The position numbers and the translations under genes are program-made. Under the pieces are notes generated by a model that was not told the origin of the DNA, searched no databases, and saw only the letters and a program-made list of their open reading frames with translations. 64,000 nt of DNA from Nemertoderma westbladi (taxonomy: Eukaryota; Animalia; Xenacoelomorpha): NCBI GenBank assembly GCA_032718475.1, contig JAUCBJ010009152.1, positions 1 through 64,000 of the forward strand, read 5' to 3'. This document shows, in pieces, positions 27,322-35,940 of the stretch. Position 1 is the stretch's first letter. The number at the start of each line of letters is the position of its first letter.

Positions 27322-28819
27322 AAGAGAATTCGAAATTTTCGAGTGATTATTTTTAAACATCAATAACTTCTGTTCTACAGGACCGTTTGATCTGAAACTT
27401 TTTTCATTGGATAGAGGATAGATTGTAGTGTGTGAAATAGGATACAACTTGGGAAAAGACGCATGTGCACTTAGTGCATAATGCACTTAAAAAGTACACA
27501 TTTTTTCGATATTTTAAACACTGTTATTTCCAGTTCTATTCATCGTAGAATGTTATTTTTTGGATTAAAATGTAGTTTGGAGTGATTTCTAACTATAATC
27601 GTAACATTTGTTTAACTTTTTATGTCTATAAAGTGACTTAAAATGTCCATGAATATGGTCCAAAATCGCAAATGTCGCGATTTATTAAATTGGATTTTTT
27701 ACACTTTTAGTGACTGACACTTGATCATACACCATCGTAGATCGGTAGAGGATAAACATAAGTTTGTTAAATAAGAACCACCATTACGATCTGCTAAAGT
27801 GCACTTGTACAAATAAATGTGCAAAAGTGCAAATTTTTTAATAAGGTCAAATTATATAGCATTGGGTTCTTTTCTTTGCAGATACTTTATTTTCATATTA
27901 ATATGTTGTTTGGCTCATACTGAGCGCATTAGGGATATGCGTACAAATAACCGGCCCTTATTAAGGCTTCGATTGGGTTAATAAATAAAACATAAGGTTG
28001 TAATATTCTAAAAAACCAGTGTGATATTAAATGCACTTTAAACAATAAATAGAGATCAATTAACAAATGGACCACACAATAAAAAACTCGCACAATTTTG
28101 TACTTATTATATCGCTTCAAATTAATTCAACAGTGGATATTTGGGGGAAGGGGGAAGTTACAGTGTGCATTCGGGGGAAGTTTGGTGAACTGCATTTATG
28201 CAGTGAATCCAAACTTCCCCCTTTGAGATATCATATACTTAAGACATGCTAGGGTGACGGGGAAATATTTGTTACTGTCACACTTTGCTTCCATTTATCC
28301 TATCCTTTATTATTACCCCAGTCAGATAAGAGATAATAATCAGTAAAAACCAAACTAAACTGTCTTTCATGCAAACAAATTTCTAACTAAAGACGGGTGA
28401 ATGACCATGACCATGGAAATAATTTTAAATATAATCGTATATCAACTATTTGGGGAGGCTTCCAAACCCAAAAACAATTATTTCGTTACATATAATATAG
28501 TAAATAACGTTGTATGTTCTTCTTCCTCTCATAATAAAATGTATATGAAATATCTCTGATCGCTGTGCCCTGAACATTTCACAACCAAAATGTTTCAGTG
28601 TGAAAAGTGTAGGCCTACCACACCCCGCCCAAACAACCGCAAACGCATAGCCAACAAATTTAACAAAAGGTTACATACATGTTGGGTTCATGACGAGATG
28701 AGTGAAAATTGAGCGCGTAATATAAAGTAAAAAATTAAGAGTCGGGCCTGGCTCTTCTCCACTTTCTTACCCAATGGAAATGTTGTTGTTTTAATCTAAT
28801 ATTGGGGCGGCTTTCTCTA

Positions 28820-29008
28820 GTTCTAACTGCTGTATGATGGACTCCATATAGGAGTACTGATTCTAACTACTGTATGATAGACTCCATATAGGAGTACTGG
28901 TTCTAACTGCTGTATGATGGACTCCATATAGGAGTACTGATTCTAACTGCTGTATGATAGACTCCATATAGGAGTACTGGCTCTAACTTCTGATTGATGG
29001 ACTCCATA
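28820..29008. repeat. 40-bp satellite remnant (~4.7 monomers) between the 3-kb trimer and the Polinton-like element
   Basis: Tandem 40-mers. The last 6 bp (TCCATA, 29003-29008) form the left TSD. Confidence 0.95.
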
Positions 29009-29347
29009 AGTAGTAGGGTCTTGGGCGGCTCTGTGACAGTTAGACCTCACTGACACCCATTGGGTGTCATATGACACCCAATTATCACCCCATGGGTGTC
29101 ATTGGGTGTCATTGGCGCCAGACTGTCTGGGTGACACCTCCCAATTAGGCTAATTAGACCCTAATTGACAGGTGTCATCAATTAATTAGTACAATTAAAC
29201 CCTAACAGGTATCATTTAGGGTTTAATTGATTATCCTAATTAATCAGACTGATTAGCGCCCTGACACACAATGGGTCATCAGTGATGTCTAACTGTCACA
29301 GAGCCGGCTCAAGAGGGTGTCATAAGTGACACCGCAGCTCTTTTATT
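29009..29347 (+). repeat. Left terminal inverted repeat (near-perfect core ~340 bp; degenerate similarity extends to ~29770)
   Basis: Reverse complement of 37689-38027. I saw one mismatch (CAGGTATCATT versus CAGGTGTCATT). Confidence 0.93.
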
Positions 29348-29781
29348 CATTAATACTTATTTATATTTAATTTTAATTAATTATTTGCATTTTATTTTAT
29401 ATTCGTATTTATTCATTTGTACTTTATTTTATATTAATTATTCATTTATACTTTATGGGTATACAGCTCCCTTACTGGTAACTAATTACTCTTATCTATA
29501 TCCAGACAGCTTTTTCGTTGACCTTTGACCTTTGACCCCTCAATTAGCTTTAACCAAGCAACAGCATATTAATGATAGTTGTATCCAAGCGCCCCTGCCC
29601 CCCACCCCGTGACAGCTCTGATTACTAATTACTCTTACATATATCCAACCGCCTGCAGTTCCATAGTCTGCCGCTAGAGGGCGTATTATCTGAAAATTAA
29701 CATCTTCTCTAACTTTGTTATTTTTCAATTTAACTATTTATATATCCAGGCAGCCCCTATCATAACAACCAGGGACCGGCA

Positions 29782-29832
29782 GGACACATGGAAACGATTT
29801 TATTACTATGAAATACATTGAAATATATTCTC
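29782..29832 (-). pseudogene. Short duplicated fragment of the TBP-like gene 3' region
   Basis: GGACACATGGAAACGATTTTATTACTATGAAATACA(T/C)TGAAATAT is also present at 30890-30934. It translates as RIYFNVFHSNKIVSMCP versus RIYIGRAYFSVFHSNKIVSMCP in the intact gene. Confidence 0.7.
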
Positions 29833-30320
29833 ACATTAACTCCCAAGGTTGCATACTATCACTATAGCTGGGAGAGTCAAAGCTAGAGTGTATGCTAGAG
29901 TTATCCAAGAGCTAGGAAAAAGAATAATGCTCTTCTAGGGTCCAAACTCACATCCATCCAATTAGAGAACTAAGCAAATGACCAGCTTGAAGGCCTTAGA
30001 CCCTTAATCTGAGGCATCGAGCAGCCAATGAGAGAGCAGATGTGAGTACAGTGGTAAAGCCCACCCATGGTGAGATAACGTCACACTAACTCTCAAGGAT
30101 AGTTATACTCACCGTTCAAATATCCCTCGCAAACCAGTTTCCCCCCAACATCTAAAGTAATCCACTTCAATGTAAAATATATAATGCAATATAACTCGAA
30201 TATTTCTGTTTTTATAATATAAATAATAATTGTAACATAAATTTATAATTTAACACAAATATAAGGTGAAAATTCACTTTAACATAGAGTAACTAAACTA
30301 AACATAAAATAGGATAAAAA

Positions 30321-30770
30321 CAGATGGTCATACTGTAGGCTCAATCCCTACTCGTGTCCGTTTTATGAAAAATATAAAAAGTAAACATAGAATAACTAGA
30401 GTACCTAAACTAAACACAAAATAGGAAAAACAGAAGGTCACGGGCTCAATCCCTACTCGTATCCCGTTTTATGGAAAATAAACAGGAGGTCATAGGTTCA
30501 ATCCCTACTCGCGACCATTATAAATCCAACACGAAATAAGTTAAACCAGGGTTCGAATCCTAATCATGAAAATATAAAAAGTAAACATAGAATAACTAGA
30601 GTAACTAAACTAGACATAAATTAGGAAAAACAGAAGGTCAGGGGTTCAATCCCTACTCGCGACCATTATAAAACCAACACAAAATAAGTTAAACCAGGGT
30701 TCGAGTCCTACTAATGCAATTATAAAAAGTAGGTAACACGGATGGTCACGGATTCAAACCCTACTCACGG
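30321..30770 (+). promoter_or_regulatory. Array of seven tRNA T-arm/B-box-like motifs interleaved with TATA boxes
   Basis: Motifs: GGCTCAATCCC (~30338, ~30443), GGTTCAATCCC (~30495, ~30643), GGGTTCGAATCC (~30549), GGGTTCGAGTCC (~30697) and GGATTCAAACCC (~30750). Two end in ...CTACTCGCGACCA. TATAAAAAG occurs at 30373, 30573 and 30721. Confidence 0.55.
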
Positions 30771-30834
30771 AAAAATAAAAACCAACACAAAATAAATAAT
30801 ATAGTAAACTTTCATGTATACCATAGTAAATAAT

Positions 30835-31350
30835 CTAATTTAATAATAAAGTTTGTAAAATAGATAATGATTCGGGGAATTCACCGGCTGGACACATGGA
30901 AACGATTTTATTACTATGAAATACACTGAAATATGCACGTCCTATATATATTCTAATCGCGCAAAATAATTCGGGGGTATAGCTAATAAATATTGCTTTA
31001 TTATTAATTGTATGATGTCCACATTTTTTCATTAATAATTTAAAATTAACACTTGGAAAAATAATAGTTTGTGTTTCGGTATTAAGTTTCAAATTTTGTA
31101 ATTGCATACCAATAGTTTGTTTTAAATAAAGCAATTCACTAGCTAAATTATTGCAAAGGCCTACAATTGTTACTGCGCCGCTGGGAAATAGCATTATAGT
31201 TGAATCGTCACCTTTGTAGATAAACATGTTTGGTTTTAAGCAACTTTGACCTGTAGTTTGCTGTGAAATTTTCTCTAGTTCAAATTTGGCAATGTTTTTT
31301 CCGGTAAACTGTTTATTGGTTATTTCTATTTTGTAGCTCAATTTCTTATT
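30835..31350 (-). CDS. Divergent TATA-box-binding protein (TBP/TFIID core)-like protein; probably a spliced terminal exon
   Basis: Two-repeat TBP pattern: STIMLFPSGAVTIVG matches TBP TTALIFSSGKMVCTG; ISYTPELFCAIRIY...FSVFHSNKIV matches SSYEPELFPGLIYR...LLIFVSGKVV; KIEITNKQFTGKNIAKFELEKIS matches [22 protein letters not shown]. The ~170-aa length fits the TBP core. The ORF-track start is TTG, and an in-frame acceptor TTTTTCTAG lies 9 nt upstream. Confidence 0.75.
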   Translation of the reverse strand, partial: NKKLSYKIEITNKQFTGKNIAKFELEKISQQTTGQSCLKPNMFIYKGDDSTIMLFPSGAVTIVGLCNNLASELLYLKQTIGMQLQNLKLNTETQTIIFPSVNFKLLMKKCGHHTINNKAIFISYTPELFCAIRIYIGRAYFSVFHSNKIVSMCPAGEFPESLSILQTLLLN

Positions 31351-31364
31351 CTAGAAAAATTAAA

Positions 31365-34300
31365 TTAAATCCTAGTAGGGGGGATTACTACTCGTTTCGC
31401 CGGTCTAACAAGCTTAGTGCTATAGTGCCCGTATGGTTTGCTGCTATATTTACTACTCCAATATGATTTCGTATCCCAGAGCGTTAGTGCCTTCTTATAG
31501 ACATGACCAGTAAAAATTTGATGCTTACTAGAAGTGAAGGTAGAGTTATAGCGGAAGAGCATTGCCTCGTTTACAAAACAGTCTGCATAATCCTCGTGTG
31601 TTAGTTGCTTAGCGACAACCGATCTAGATACACCTTTGGCGGTTTTCTTGATTGGGGCATCATAGGATTGAAAACTGTAGACCTTTGGTTTAAGGAAAAC
31701 CCACTGTTTATACTGCAAACCGCAGCTCTCATCTTTTATGAAGCCGAGAGCCGCTTTGTGTTTAATGGTATAGAGTGGATGTGTTGTACTGTAGTTGGAA
31801 GTATCTAGGAAACCACCCTCAAACATTGCCCGTAGAAAGGTTAGCTGTGGTGTATTAGTTACGCTTAGCATTAGAGAATCCGTGTCACCGGCTAGACAGC
31901 GAATCTGGCAACCCAGTTTTTGTTCTAGAGGCTTCAGTTTGTTGTAAAATAGGTCGTACATCTGTAGCTTAGATAGATCTAGTATAGTGCAACCGATGAA
32001 CACGCCCTGATTTAGGCAAACAGCCTCTTTAGTGAAAGTATGACCACTCAAGTTGGGGGTAAATACAACAAACGATTCGTGATTGGGCTTGGCTAAGAGC
32101 AAATCGCATTGTTCGTCGCTATTGCATAACCTGAAAGAAACGCGGTCTCTAACCTTTTGGAGGCATTTCCCATACAAGGCATTGTTCATCAACTTATAAA
32201 ATAGGACCTCGAATGGGTTATTTGCCGACTGTCTTTTATTGGTATTAAAACTAATGTAGTCCTTGAAAATATATTTTTGTGAGAAAGAGTAGACCCTATG
32301 TACTTGTGTAAGTTTAAGACCGAGCTTCAAATAGAGTTGAAGTAGCTTAATATGGATACCGTATTCAACCTTATTAAACTGATGTAGTAGTAGCTTAGTA
32401 CAGGTATCGTTGTATGGTCTACAGGTGGCCGTATCGGTGAGATTGTAATGCTCCCAAAGATCTTCCATGTATTCGCTAAGAAAGGATTTAGGGACTGACA
32501 TCTTCTCCGCTCCTAGAGGCAGATCGGCGGTCAAATCATGAATTTCTTTCGGGTAATGTAGATCAACTATGCAATAATAACCAGTATCCCCACTCGCGTC
32601 TACTGTAGCTAGGTCTATGGGGGTAGTTACGAGTTTAATATTAGCGTAGGGAAGTTTCTGGCTCAGGGCGCAGCCGTAAAGGTTATTCGCATCGATGGGA
32701 ATTAGATATTTCTCGGGGAGACTGGAGTCATAGTCGGGTTTATCGGGAATATTTGCGTCTACGGAATGTGTATTCAAGAATACTAGACCACCCCTAATAT
32801 TTGTTTCAAAGTCCGAGTAGATGGAAGCGTCTGATAGTAATTGAATTTCTGATTGCGTGAATTTCAGCGCCGCGTCGTAAGTTAATCCAGGGGCAGTGAA
32901 GTACATTACGGGCTCGAGTCCATAATTAGTAAGACAGAGGGATCGGAACTGCTCGAAAGTATCAGCCAATAGGGTAACATCTAGAACCAAATAGCCAATC
33001 ATATAGTCAAAGATTGTTGCGCAGTTTAATTCATCCCAAGTAGTAAGCGCGCGCTGATAGTTTTCTGCGCTACATTGTTCCAATTTGAGATCATTATAGA
33101 AGCTTTCTAATGGGGGGAGTGTAGTTTCGTGTAGGTTTGAAATATTTTGAATGTAGGAATATGGGAATACACCCTTGTTTTTTATTGTGTTATCGCTAAT
33201 GTTGGGATAGAGTTGGGTCATTTGAGCTAGTGTATGGGGTATGGCTGTTGCTAGGTTACTGTTATTTTTAGTGAGATAACTACTAAGATTATCTAGGCTG
33301 GCAGTCATAAACTGATAGGAATCTAGAAAATTAATGGAGATACTTTCTTTAGCGTTGGCTGTTGGTGTACTCGGATCGATTGGGAAGCTAACTTTAAGGT
33401 GAATATAAGTTTCGGTGTTTTTTGGTATTACGGTCATTTTCCAGTGTGTTCTAGAACTATCGGTCATTCCTTCTTTTAGTAGTAAATGCATATCGAATTT
33501 CCTCAGGTTATGAAATATAATATAAAAATTATTCCGTTTTAGGGAAAGTTTCCTGTTGCAGCTGACGCAAGCAGCCCCCCGATACTCCCCGCTATAATGA
33601 TCGTGATCGCGGACTTTGGTGCTGAGATTGTCATTGAGGTTTAAATTATGAGAATCGGGGGTTAAATTACAGTTGCAGACGTAGCATTGTGTAGCGTTAT
33701 TAAAGTCAGTTTGTTGGCTAGTAGTGAGTTGCATGGGGGCGTGCGTGTTTGTACTAGAAATGGACCAATCGTATAACTCCCTACAATGACTTTCCATAGC
33801 GGTTAGAAAGTCGCGCATTACGTGGTTACTGCCATCGTCGCGGAAAATTTGAACATCTGTTTTAGGAGGGTTAATTAATTTCTGATTTGGTACTGTATAA
33901 AAGGCTGCCGCGCTAGCTATATGTTTCTGTGGGAGTTTAATATTGTTTGTAGGTTCTAGAATAGTTTCAATGTCGGCGTATATACAGAAAGGTGGGGATA
34001 GAGTCTTATCGTACCTATCAAATTTAACCAAGAGATTTTCGGGCATATACTCGAGTTGGCGTTTACCCGTATAGCACCGCTCTCGATGTTCTTCCAATGA
34101 TTTGTCAGTGTAAAAGGCTCTGAGACAGCGTTCGCAGTGCGTCTTGTTGCCTTTAGAAGTAGCTTTAGTATTTATTAATCTATCTATGTTAGTAATAGCT
34201 ACGTAGTGGGCGGGGTTTTTGCTTGTGGCTTCGATAAATAATAAGTTTAGTACAGTTTTACCGGAACAGTGCGCGCTATCTGGTTGACTTAGGATGGAGA

Positions 34301-35420
34301 GTTCTTCCGTATTACTCCAATAAAGAAGGTTTATGCAGTATATAGGGTTGGCTTTCAGAAACTGGGGAATACCAGTTACTCTGTCCACCGGAAAACTTAA
34401 ATTCGAAAAATCAAACATGTTTAGGAAAGGAGTATAGGTTGAAATTCTTTTGATATTATTTTGTTTTCTATCAATTTTCTTATAATTTGCGGCGGCCAAA
34501 ACTGCGTATTTAAAGCATTCCCCCAGCGGGCAGTCTACGCTTACGGTACATTTTTTATTTAATAATAATTTAGAATTATTGAACCCTTGACCCTTTAAAT
34601 AGGGGTTGCGTTGGGACCGCACAATCTCAATAGTTATTCGCTCGATGGCTATTATGCGCCAACCCGAGCCGAGACAGAGAAACACGCTTAACAGTTGATC
34701 GATACGATTGACGGCGCCAGAAAACCAGTTATTAAAGTCGCTATTATTCAGAATTTGATTATTGTTACCGCTAGATTTAAAACAGAATGATTCAATTTGA
34801 AATCCCTCGCTGGTTTCACGCTCCATTACGATGTTGATTGTAAGCCAGACTCTTAAAAAAGTTCCCATGGCACTACGTAAATGGCTACTAACGTGTTCGT
34901 GAATGTGTGGAAAATTTTCATTTAATGTTAATTCTGCGTCGAGTCTTGTTTCTGTGAGGTCGTTGTTATAGGTAAACAGTCGTCCGTGTGCGCTTCCGTT
35001 AGAGGGTGGTTGAAATGGATTGTTTGGGGAAATAGAATCTCGCGAAGTTGAAGGTTCGTTATTGGAGCCGCCGCCGCCGACTTGTTCTGGAGTAGAGTTG
35101 ATGGGGGATGAGTGTGAGGTAGTCGGAGTTTTGCGTTTCCGCGAAAAAAGTCGAGTATAGCATTCATGCTCAGTAAAGGAAGATAGGGTGAGCGAATCCC
35201 CGCAGCGGCAATCGGCTGGCTCGTTTACGTAACTAAATCCTGTTCCCCCCTGAGGACACGAAACAAGATGGCCAACCAGCGTCTTCTTTTCCGAAGACCA
35301 AGTCGGACAGCAGTCGCATCTATATTGCGCGAAATGAGTTTTAATATGACGAGATAAATTATCACTCCGCGTCTCTTTGTTGCAGATGGGGCAGCTAACT
35401 TTATTGCTAGACATAGGCAT
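31365..35420 (-). CDS. polB: Protein-primed family B DNA polymerase (Polinton/adintovirus type), 1351 aa
   Basis: Exonuclease motifs IYADIET, FHNLRKFD and DVTLLAD; KGVFPY; IRGG; motif A IDANNLYG; motif B KLMNNALYGK; motif C GDTDS; KDE; KPKVY; AKGV. It also has an N-terminal C2H2 finger (CPIC...HIKTH), a GSGW motif, GECFKYAV...HY (OTU-like Cys/His) and an EndoVII/HNH-like insert (CYVC...DHDHYSGEYRGAACVSCN). Confidence 0.95.
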   Translation of the reverse strand: MPMSSNKVSCPICNKETRSDNLSRHIKTHFAQYRCDCCPTWSSEKKTLVGHLVSCPQGGTGFSYVNEPADCRCGDSLTLSSFTEHECYTRLFSRKRKTPTTSHSSPINSTPEQVGGGGSNNEPSTSRDSISPNNPFQPPSNGSAHGRLFTYNNDLTETRLDAELTLNENFPHIHEHVSSHLRSAMGTFLRVWLTINIVMERETSEGFQIESFCFKSSGNNNQILNNSDFNNWFSGAVNRIDQLLSVFLCLGSGWRIIAIERITIEIVRSQRNPYLKGQGFNNSKLLLNKKCTVSVDCPLGECFKYAVLAAANYKKIDRKQNNIKRISTYTPFLNMFDFSNLSFPVDRVTGIPQFLKANPIYCINLLYWSNTEELSILSQPDSAHCSGKTVLNLLFIEATSKNPAHYVAITNIDRLINTKATSKGNKTHCERCLRAFYTDKSLEEHRERCYTGKRQLEYMPENLLVKFDRYDKTLSPPFCIYADIETILEPTNNIKLPQKHIASAAAFYTVPNQKLINPPKTDVQIFRDDGSNHVMRDFLTAMESHCRELYDWSISSTNTHAPMQLTTSQQTDFNNATQCYVCNCNLTPDSHNLNLNDNLSTKVRDHDHYSGEYRGAACVSCNRKLSLKRNNFYIIFHNLRKFDMHLLLKEGMTDSSRTHWKMTVIPKNTETYIHLKVSFPIDPSTPTANAKESISINFLDSYQFMTASLDNLSSYLTKNNSNLATAIPHTLAQMTQLYPNISDNTIKNKGVFPYSYIQNISNLHETTLPPLESFYNDLKLEQCSAENYQRALTTWDELNCATIFDYMIGYLVLDVTLLADTFEQFRSLCLTNYGLEPVMYFTAPGLTYDAALKFTQSEIQLLSDASIYSDFETNIRGGLVFLNTHSVDANIPDKPDYDSSLPEKYLIPIDANNLYGCALSQKLPYANIKLVTTPIDLATVDASGDTGYYCIVDLHYPKEIHDLTADLPLGAEKMSVPKSFLSEYMEDLWEHYNLTDTATCRPYNDTCTKLLLHQFNKVEYGIHIKLLQLYLKLGLKLTQVHRVYSFSQKYIFKDYISFNTNKRQSANNPFEVLFYKLMNNALYGKCLQKVRDRVSFRLCNSDEQCDLLLAKPNHESFVVFTPNLSGHTFTKEAVCLNQGVFIGCTILDLSKLQMYDLFYNKLKPLEQKLGCQIRCLAGDTDSLMLSVTNTPQLTFLRAMFEGGFLDTSNYSTTHPLYTIKHKAALGFIKDESCGLQYKQWVFLKPKVYSFQSYDAPIKKTAKGVSRSVVAKQLTHEDYADCFVNEAMLFRYNSTFTSSKHQIFTGHVYKKALTLWDTKSYWSSKYSSKPYGHYSTKLVRPAKRVVIPPTRI

Positions 35421-35940
35421 CTTGAATCTAGAAAAATAAGTTGATTATTCATAAAAAAATAAAAAATACTGTATACTTGCTAAAAATAAGGTAAAACAGT
35501 AGGTATTAATCGGTTACTAGGCAACAATACTGTGTTTGTACAGTTAGGCCTATTGCTGTATTGTAGCATTCAGGCAGTGAAACATAAAGCAGACAGTCAG
35601 CAGTGTCTAGTGTAGTAGTGTTAGTGTACCAGCGGTCAGATAGTGGCGATAACCAAGACACAATAGCGATGGCAGTTATTATTCGTGGAAAGAGGGTCTA
35701 TAAACAGCAGTCAGTCAGTGCAGTAGTGCTAGTGAAATAGTCTGCCAGAAGTCAGACGTACCGGTAGCGTTAACCAATAGAAATCAACGATAGGCTTAGC
35801 TAATCGCTGTGTGAGAACTCAGTTAGTCAGTAGGATATATAATGAAAACTGCAGTATTCAGTGTTGTTCAGTAGGGTCTATATCGCTACTATGATGGCAT
35901 TAGGCTAACTCGAATGATCCGGTAGCGCTAGTTGGGTAGA

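Larger units (their letters stand above)
19772..28819. mobile_element. Complete head-to-tail trimer of the ~3.0-kb element (19772-22793, 22794-25807, 25808-28819)
   Basis: Left junction GAGTA-CTAG-GTGGGAT, internal junctions TTTCT-CTCG-GTGGGAT, right junction TTTCT-CTAG-TTCTAAC. Confidence 0.88.

Noticed and set aside
8892-28252. Recurrent 60-90 aa ORFs in the 3-kb units
   Set aside because: They have no recognisable domain, overlap on both strands, and their starts and stops differ between unit variants. They recur only because the DNA is repeated.
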